IMG/VR virus record: IMGVR_UViG_3300036766_001779
Span: 1 to 51,986 of that record
DNA: 51,986 nucleotides
Strand: one strand, 5' to 3'
From: a virus
Taxonomy: Duplodnaviria; Caudoviricetes
Part shown: positions 46,187-51,986 of the stretch, one piece after another
Numbering within the stretch: the first letter of the stretch is position 1
How the letters are laid out: the number at the start of each line of letters is the position of its first letter
The notes under the pieces: generated by a model
What the model saw: only the letters and a program-made list of their open reading frames with translations
What the model was told of the DNA's origin: nothing
The model's database searches: none
Made by a program: the position numbers and the translations under genes

Positions 46187-46588
46187 TTACTCCCTTGCTC
46201 TGAGGGCAGCCGAAAAGCCGCCCTGACGGTTGATTAAACTCTTCGCCTCATCGAGCGGAAGGGCACGACGGGCACAATTTTTCACGTACTGTTCCACTTT
46301 TTTCGCAGTTATTCCGTGATTGACGTACTGGGCCACTGCACGGCAGAATCCCCGCAACGAACGATTGCCGCGCGAAGAATTGCATTTCTTGCAGCAGGTA
46401 ACGAGATTTGTGGCGTTGTTTGTTCCGTTTTTGGAATGCGGACGAAGATGGTCGAGAGTGAGTACTGCTCCATTTTCCACCGTAGCTCCGCAATACGCAC
46501 AGGCCAGCCCATCTCGCAGATAGATAGCCAGCCTTTTTTCATTCCGAATCCACTTCTGCCCATGCCAATTTTCGTTGCGGGAAGTCAC
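46187..46588 (-). CDS. HNH endonuclease
   Basis: RDGLACAYCG...TLDHL.P...N...NLVTCCKKCN; GTG start after GGAGG. Confidence 0.9.
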   Translation of the reverse strand: MTSRNENWHGQKWIRNEKRLAIYLRDGLACAYCGATVENGAVLTLDHLRPHSKNGTNNATNLVTCCKKCNSSRGNRSLRGFCRAVAQYVNHGITAKKVEQYVKNCARRALPLDEAKSLINRQGGFSAALRARE

Positions 46589-46604
46589 GGCAGTTCCTCC
46601 AGAG

Positions 46605-47060
46605 TTAAATGATGGCACCGTCAAAAAACTTTTTGCACTCGGGACCGATTCCGTATTCGATGGATTCCGGCACCGTCAAACGACGGCCACAACGACAGCA
46701 CTTGCCTTCGTGCTGAATGGCGTATCCGTCGGGAATTGCCAGCTTGAGGCTGACCGATTTAACGGCCCACTCGAAAACCTGGACGGGCTTGGATTCACGG
46801 CGCAGTTTGGATTTTGCAGTGAGCTGCAGATATTGGACAAGGCTGCTCCTGCTGCCAGTCGGCAAAAAGACGCCTAAGTACGTGTAGTCTTGGGTGTTGT
46901 CCGGCCCAGTGAGCAGCTGAACGAAAAACGGCATATCCGGCTTCGGACGGCGGATGCGGTACGTGTAGTGCTCCCCCTTGCCGTTGCTCGCCGTAAAAAT
47001 GGCGTTTCCGCCCGTAAAAAACTTTGGGTCTTTTAATGCATTTTGGACGACGGCTGTCAT
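46605..47060 (-). CDS. DUF6011-domain protein
   Basis: CCRCGRRLTVPESIEYGIGPEC. Confidence 0.8.
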   Translation of the reverse strand: MTAVVQNALKDPKFFTGGNAIFTASNGKGEHYTYRIRRPKPDMPFFVQLLTGPDNTQDYTYLGVFLPTGSRSSLVQYLQLTAKSKLRRESKPVQVFEWAVKSVSLKLAIPDGYAIQHEGKCCRCGRRLTVPESIEYGIGPECKKFFDGAII

Positions 47061-47106
47061 TGCGGTACTCCTTTCTTTTTGAATTTCAACATACAACACT
47101 GCAGGA

Positions 47107-47200
47107 ATTATACCTCGGACAGACTTATATGACCACATATATATGCATAAAAGTGTAAATTATTTTGCAGATATAACTGTGTGTATATACAGCAGTTATA
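47107..47200 (-). promoter_or_regulatory. Early promoter with upstream palindromic operator
   Basis: TGGTCA-17-TATAAT, AT-rich UP region, and the TATAACTG..CAGTTATA palindrome at 47172-47200. Confidence 0.65.
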
Positions 47201-47245
47201 AAATCACCGTTAATATTTTTTTAAAATTATGTTTTCAGCCCACAA

Positions 47246-47410
47246 ATGACCAAAATGGACACAAGCCCATCGGCTTAACTGATTTGACACCAGCCCTTTA
47301 GGACCGTGAAATTATGCGTTTCCTTCGTGTTTAAGAGGTGTTGGATTGCTGGGCCGGTAAATAGAGCCACAAAATTTATTTCCTTTTAATTAAAGTTTAA
47401 ACGGTGTTTT
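47246..47410 (+). repeat. Dispersed ~165-bp element, copy D (most diverged)
   Basis: tgaccaaaatggaca box plus taggaccgtgaaat (47299-47312), identical to copy A. Confidence 0.6.
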
Positions 47411-47530
47411 AGCCGATATAACTATTAGCAGCTGGGGTTCAATAACGAAAGGAGCCTCAAACAACATCCAGCCAGCTCATCCATCCGGAGGCCGTTCCGG
47501 CCACCGTCCAACTGCCCGAAGCCTTCCAAC

Positions 47531-47566
47531 AAAAAAGCCGGCCCTGTTGGCCGGCTCTTTTCTTTT
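47531..47566. terminator. Bidirectional terminator
   Basis: aaaaaa-gccggcc-ctgtt-ggccggc-tcttttctttt. Confidence 0.8.
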
Positions 47567-47580
47567 GAACTCTCCCCCTT

Positions 47581-47952
47581 TTAGGATTCGACTTCACTTG
47601 GCTTTTTGCCAAATTGATTGTAATGGAAAATGGCCTTTCGAATAGCTTTGATAATTTTGCGGTGCGCGTCATTAGTGACGGACTTGCAGCCCACCATCTG
47701 TGCAATTCGTTCCAGTTCCTTCGACTCGCACTTGTTCAAAAACTCTCTGCTGAATTTGTCCGGCTGCATTTTCTTTCGTGCAGCCAAAAGTTCACAGAGT
47801 GTGTGATTGTCGATGAGTTTGGAATTATTCTTCGCAGGACAGTCGTTGTCGTGCCATCGCACGTTGCAGCAAAGTCCACAGGCTTTACCGTCCGAAATGA
47901 GTCGATTGATTTCCGCTGCTGCTGTTGCTGTTGCTGTTGCTGTACTTGTCAT
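47581..47952 (-). CDS. Hypothetical protein
   Basis: ATG after AAGGGGG; CxxC..H..C. Confidence 0.55.
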   Translation of the reverse strand: MTSTATATATAAAEINRLISDGKACGLCCNVRWHDNDCPAKNNSKLIDNHTLCELLAARKKMQPDKFSREFLNKCESKELERIAQMVGCKSVTNDAHRKIIKAIRKAIFHYNQFGKKPSEVES

Positions 47953-47981
47953 GTTGTTTCCCCCTTGCAATGACGATGCAA

Positions 47982-48080
47982 TAAAAAATGCAGGCTGACC
48001 GTCAACAGCCTGCATCATGGGAAAGGGCTTAAATGCCCAACGAAAGGAGCCTGCACATAATAAGCTCCTACACGATGAAA
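47982..48080 (-). ncRNA. Candidate structured leader (three-way junction) fused to an intrinsic terminator
   Basis: - strand: P1 caucgug/caugaug, P2 aggagc/gcuccu, P3 gggc/gccc, then the augcaggcug/cagccugcau-UUUUU terminator. Confidence 0.4.
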
Positions 48081-48089
48081 TTTCAAGAA

Positions 48090-48611
48090 CTAAAACAGGG
48101 CACATTCAAATTTTGTTGTGACCAGCAATTTATGCTCGATTGTTTTCGCTGCATGTTTGTCTTTCAAGCCTTGAGCTACACGCAGCAGTTTTACAATGAT
48201 TATATCGTCTAACGGTAACGAAACAATATGCATTCTGTTCGAAAATTGACCGACTCGAATGCCTGCTGCAGTAGCTGACCCGTTATATTTGTACGGCAGT
48301 TCTCGAGCTAGCGCTGCGCCCGCACGACACGACAAGAAAAAACTGATTTCATAGACGGGCTTGCTTGAATCCGCAGTGGACTTCATCAGTAATTTTTTGT
48401 CTACTAAGTGCTGCAAAAACTGCTCGTGCGAAATTTCATCAGCTGACAATCCCAACTGTTCCTGCACTCTTTGCTTGTATTGAGTAGTATTTTTCACACG
48501 TTTGTCGGTGCAGCGGACAGCCAAAATTCGGACGATGTCGTACGCCGTTCGGCCGACCAAATCACACTTTGTTACACAGTCAAGAAATCGCAACATGTTT
48601 TTCTCCTTCAT
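48090..48611 (-). CDS. Hypothetical protein
   Basis: Open frame coupled to the amidoligase stop; start may be 48596. Confidence 0.55.
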   Translation of the reverse strand: MKEKNMLRFLDCVTKCDLVGRTAYDIVRILAVRCTDKRVKNTTQYKQRVQEQLGLSADEISHEQFLQHLVDKKLLMKSTADSSKPVYEISFFLSCRAGAALARELPYKYNGSATAAGIRVGQFSNRMHIVSLPLDDIIIVKLLRVAQGLKDKHAAKTIEHKLLVTTKFECALF

Positions 48612-49570
48612 TATGCGTTTGTTGATGTACGAACGACGGTCACACTAGCATCGTTCGAAATCGGAATTGGAGTCTGCACTGCAGGAGCCGTTACGTTGTG
48701 GGTCGCAGGACGGAAGCTCGGAACACCGGCCGGATTCAGCTCTCGTTGCCGTTTGTCAAACCACGCTTGCAGCTCTTTGTCCATACGAGTGAAGTATTTG
48801 AAATAGTATTTCAGGTCGTAGTTGATTTTGCCCTGTGGCATTTTGGACGCAATGGCGACGGACACAAAATTGACCATTAGACGGATGTAGTTCGTAATTT
48901 TGTCTCCATCTATCGAGCCCTGATGGCCTCTGAATTCCACAGTGCCGTACGTGTACTGGGGCTCGATGTTCATTTTGTAGTAACGGCCTCTCGGGCAGAA
49001 TTCACGGAAAAACTGGTCAACCGAATGGCTGTGCTCAGACATGTGCATGGCGTTCGTGAGTTTTTGCTCGAGAGTTGCAGTGCCAGTTCCAATGGCGTTT
49101 AGATTGGACTCGGCGTACCGTTGGGCACCACGGCGGGATTCGGAAAAAATCGTTTCCATCAGAGGCTCGAACTGCAGCCAACGTAGATATACACGGCGGA
49201 GCTGCTTGAGATTCATCATTCCAGTTCCGACATGCACGTGCAGGCCACAGGTCTTGTCCACTTTTCCGCCGGCCGTTTCGATGGCCTTGCAGACCTTCAT
49301 CACTTCGACAAGCCCTTCGGTCCCGCGCAGAATTGGGCTGACCATCTCGAGGCCACAGCCACATTCAGTTCCGGTTGAATTGACGGAACGGTCGACGCAG
49401 AGATTCCAAATTCCGTGAACACGATTGCCGTGATACGTGCCCGTCCAATGGCATGCCAAGTTGACATTTACCATCTGAGCCAGAACGGCGTTTGGTGTGG
49501 TGCCGAAGAATTCGATTTCGATTCCGTACGTCAGGTCCCGTATTCCAGTGATTGGCTTAATCTGCGGCAT
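48611..49570 (-). CDS. Amidoligase_2 (COOH-NH2 ligase) family protein
   Basis: TYGIEIEF, W...VD.S, EMVSPIL, CGLHVHVG, RY..MN, TVEFR; AAGGAG RBS. Confidence 0.85.
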   Translation of the reverse strand: MPQIKPITGIRDLTYGIEIEFFGTTPNAVLAQMVNVNLACHWTGTYHGNRVHGIWNLCVDRSVNSTGTECGCGLEMVSPILRGTEGLVEVMKVCKAIETAGGKVDKTCGLHVHVGTGMMNLKQLRRVYLRWLQFEPLMETIFSESRRGAQRYAESNLNAIGTGTATLEQKLTNAMHMSEHSHSVDQFFREFCPRGRYYKMNIEPQYTYGTVEFRGHQGSIDGDKITNYIRLMVNFVSVAIASKMPQGKINYDLKYYFKYFTRMDKELQAWFDKRQRELNPAGVPSFRPATHNVTAPAVQTPIPISNDASVTVVRTSTNA

Positions 49571-49614
49571 TTTTAAACTCCTTAATTTTAAACTATCAAT
49601 TATCAACTGTGTAC

Positions 49615-49709
49615 ACTATACTGCCAAACGATGGCATATGTCCACACAGCAGGCCGCGAAAAAATAAAATATTTGTGTGGCTATAACTACGTGTAAATAC
49701 ACGACGTTA
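49615..49709 (-). promoter_or_regulatory. Early promoter with upstream palindromic operator
   Basis: TGGACA-18-TATAGT; palindrome at 49682-49709; same architecture as 47107-47200. Confidence 0.6.
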
Positions 49710-49720
49710 CGTGCACGTGC

Positions 49721-50125
49721 TTATAATTTGTCCAAAATTTTTTGGATTTCGTTTGGCCGAATTTTGCCGTTTTCAGCCTTTACGACGGTCATACGGTCTG
49801 GACGACCACGGCCCAAGCATGTTGGCCGTATGCCTCCACTTTGAAGGTCCTTTATGCACGGACGGCACATAAACAGCAGGCTGTTGTCCGCAGCAATTAC
49901 GGGCATCAAGATTGTTTTCCTGCTGCAGACTGGGCATTGCTTCGGAAGTACGGACGAGTCCTGTAGTAGGTCCCTCAAAGCCTGCATAATCCGGCATTGG
50001 CTTTTAGATGGGCTTGCTATTTTCCGCAGCCGGCGAAGGGCCGCCATCCAGCGTGGACGGCCCGTTGCATAATATCGTTTTTGGCGATATTTCTCCTGCA
50101 ACTTTTTACTCCGTTTAATCTTCAT
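49721..50125 (-). CDS. Hypothetical basic protein with CxxC pairs
   Basis: CPVC...CRPC; GGAGG RBS. Confidence 0.55.
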   Translation of the reverse strand: MKIKRSKKLQEKYRQKRYYATGRPRWMAALRRLRKIASPSKSQCRIMQALRDLLQDSSVLPKQCPVCSRKTILMPVIAADNSLLFMCRPCIKDLQSGGIRPTCLGRGRPDRMTVVKAENGKIRPNEIQKILDKL

Positions 50126-50399
50126 CTTCGGCCTCCAGCCTATTCAGTTCATCCTGTTCCGCCTTTTTTGCAGCGACCTGCTTGAGAAAAACCCGTTTGT
50201 GGCCTTCGATAACGTAGTTTGTGTCCTTGATTTGTTGCCACTCGAAAGAACTCACCCGCACAGTTCGTTTTAGTTGCGTAGCAACATCACGATAAATTAT
50301 CACGACGAGAAATGGCTTGCGATTGAGAAATCGCTCGTCAACATAAATGTTTATGTTGTGCTCATCATCATGGTAGGATTTTGTTGTGTCGTTTCCCAT
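50115..50399 (-). CDS. Hypothetical protein
   Basis: AAGGAG RBS; tightly packed. Confidence 0.6.
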   Translation of the reverse strand: MGNDTTKSYHDDEHNINIYVDERFLNRKPFLVVIIYRDVATQLKRTVRVSSFEWQQIKDTNYVIEGHKRVFLKQVAAKKAEQDELNRLEAEDED

Positions 50400-50400
50400 T

Positions 50401-50781
50401 TTAGTTCTCCTTTGCTGCGTTGAGCTTGTCCTTCAACTGTCTCCACGCTCTGGCCTTCGTGCAGAATTCTTCGAACTGCTTATACAACAAGGATACACTG
50501 GCCTTTTTGTTCGCCTTGATGAAGGCAATCTGCAAGGCTAATTCATCCGCTTGCTCCATATAGACCGTGTTGGCAATCGCAGTCATTTCTTCAAACCAAA
50601 TTTTCTGATTAAAATTATTTTCTCTGTGTCGCACAATCCACTCAACTTCGCAAAATGTCAACGCAACAGAATCTTCGGAGCGAATTGTGCCAAAATGCCA
50701 CTTGTCATTTTCTTTTTTGAAACGTTGATGTTTTGGTGGCTCAGGAATTAGCTTGCTTATGTCCATGTCAGGCTCCTTCAA
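50401..50781 (-). CDS. Hypothetical protein
   Basis: Open frame; probable ATG ~50766 after AAGGAG. Confidence 0.55.
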   Translation of the reverse strand: MKEPDMDISKLIPEPPKHQRFKKENDKWHFGTIRSEDSVALTFCEVEWIVRHRENNFNQKIWFEEMTAIANTVYMEQADELALQIAFIKANKKASVSLLYKQFEEFCTKARAWRQLKDKLNAAKEN

Positions 50782-50783
50782 TG

Positions 50784-51104
50784 TTAGTGCTGTTTGAATT
50801 CATCGCCCTTGAAGTGATTCAGAAAGAAGTAAATGGCACCGTCAGGCGTAGCAAAAGGCTTGCGCTGATGGAGCCGGCCTTTTGAATCCCTGTACGTCAA
50901 CGTGTAACACCAGCCTGGGAAGTCGGCCAAGTTATAATTTGGGTCGAGCTTTTCCAGCTTGACTTGGCAGTAAACTTCGAACGGTTTCGATGGCTTTCCG
51001 AATCTTGCAAGCCGAGCTATTTTCACGAGCTGGGCGTTCAGCGCTTTGTTGTAGTTACTGCCAATTCTTTTGCGGCCTGCTGTTGAAATGTTATGAACGG
51101 CCAT
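50784..51104 (-). CDS. Hypothetical protein
   Basis: ATG after GGAGG. Confidence 0.55.
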   Translation of the reverse strand: MAVHNISTAGRKRIGSNYNKALNAQLVKIARLARFGKPSKPFEVYCQVKLEKLDPNYNLADFPGWCYTLTYRDSKGRLHQRKPFATPDGAIYFFLNHFKGDEFKQH

Positions 51105-51567
51105 TGCATCTGCCTCCACCGGTTTTATGTTCTTCGTCCTCCTTGAGGAGCATCGTCGGACCTTCACAGCAGGAATGTGCCCGCTCGACACAACGCCTGC
51201 AAATCAGTTGGCCGTTCACGAGCGTGAGCTGCTCCATAGGAGTCGGCTGATTACACTGCGAGCATAGGGCAATATCATTCTTTTGTACGCTCATGGTTTT
51301 TCTTCTTTCTGTTGAGTCTGCGGTTTCAATCCACGCTCCCGCGCGGGGAGCGACACCCGCAAGGCGGGCATCGCTGATGATGGAACTCAGACGAGAATAG
51401 CTGCGTTCCGTGTTTGAAATGAGATTCCGTGAGACGAACTGATAATACAATTGACGCAAGGTCAAATTGAAGCCCTGCTGCCTGTATTCTCGCGCGATTT
51501 TTTCCGCAGTGTTGATTGTCGCCAACGCTTTGCTGCGGAAATGCTTTTTTCTGTACTCAGTTTTCAT
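51091..51567 (-). CDS. Chimeric ORF: winged-helix-like N-terminus + translated CRISPR repeat + Cys-rich C-terminus (possible separate start at 51294)
   Basis: LTLRQLYYQFVSRNLISNTERSY.RL..I.DARLAG ends exactly at the repeat (VAPRAGAWIET); then CSQC...CRRC. Confidence 0.55.
   Translation of the reverse strand: MKTEYRKKHFRSKALATINTAEKIAREYRQQGFNLTLRQLYYQFVSRNLISNTERSYSRLSSIISDARLAGVAPRAGAWIETADSTERRKTMSVQKNDIALCSQCNQPTPMEQLTLVNGQLICRRCVERAHSCCEGPTMLLKEDEEHKTGGGRCNGRS
51323..51354 (-). CRISPR. Solitary type I-C CRISPR repeat unit (no array, no cas operon)
   Basis: GTCGCTCCCCGCGCGGGAGCGTGGATTGAAAC: 32 nt, CGCTCCC/GGGAGCG stem, ATTGAAAC 3' end; no second copy seen. Confidence 0.85.
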
Positions 51568-51580
51568 AGCCCCTGTCCTC

Positions 51581-51859
51581 CTATTCCAAGTGTAAATCCT
51601 TCTTCAATTTCTGAATGACTATCATCGCCACATCGGCTTCCTCCAGTTCCCCACGAGACAGGCGGCATTTCGGGCAGTCGCAGGGATACTTTTTCAACGT
51701 TGCGTACATACGGCCTTGTACGAGTTGCTGCACAATTTCCGTTGCGACATTCAGATAAGAACAGAAGTCGCCAAAATTGTGGCCAACAACTGCGTTCTGT
51801 GCGCTGTCGTAATGGCCTTCGTACAAGAACCAGCCGACTGTTAGAATCTCGCTGTGTGT
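51581..51859 (-). CDS. 3' part of the junction-spanning hypothetical protein (starts at 321)
   Basis: In frame with 321->1 once the 127-bp overlap is removed. Confidence 0.75.
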   Translation of the reverse strand, partial: THSEILTVGWFLYEGHYDSAQNAVVGHNFGDFCSYLNVATEIVQQLVQGRMYATLKKYPCDCPKCRLSRGELEEADVAMIVIQKLKKDLHLE

Positions 51860-51986
51860 TTCTCCGCCGTGTTTGACCACCTTCATCGCAGCAGACTCTG
51901 TGATTACGAACGTCCTTTCGAAGGCTTGGACGACCAAAAACACGAGTTCTGCTCCTGAGGGATGGGGAAAATGAGCTATTTTCAGG
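51860..51986. repeat. Terminal direct repeat, second copy
   Basis: Exact copy of 1-127. Confidence 0.95.

Noticed and set aside
48013-48080. Hammerhead ribozyme (GAAA followed by a stem and UA on the + strand)
   Set aside because: No CUGANGA core in the required position.
51280-51450. CRISPR mini-array
   Set aside because: No second, even degenerate, repeat at spacer distance on either side; other gtttcaat hits (39016, 43962) lack the stem.

Overview
This window appears to be a complete, circularly assembled tailed-phage genome of about 51,859 bp: bases 1-127 repeat exactly at 51860-51986, and an ORF reads through that junction. It looks siphovirus-like, with a tape measure, tail tube and frameshifted chaperone but no sheath. 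The + strand (3.2-27.9 kb) carries packaging, head, tail and membrane genes. The - strand carries a RuvC-like resolvase, PolA, a DnaG-primase/MCM-like helicase fusion, SSB, a Sak4-like ATPase, a PD-(D/E)XK nuclease, a SNF2 helicase and many small early genes. I recognise no integrase, repressor, tRNA or endolysin. Main points of interest: (1) a 7-deazaguanine DNA-modification cluster (FolE, QueD, QueE, a DpdL-like T-fold protein and a DpdA/TGT-fold protein, but no QueC) interleaved with a purine phosphoribosyltransferase and a MazG next to PolA; (2) a solitary, consensus-like type I-C CRISPR repeat sitting at a gene breakpoint; (3) four dispersed copies of an unexplained ~165-bp non-coding element; (4) a (GA)20 microsatellite in the divergent control region; (5) two candidate three-way-junction RNAs; (6) near-absence of GATC. 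All family assignments come from motif recognition by eye; no searches were run.
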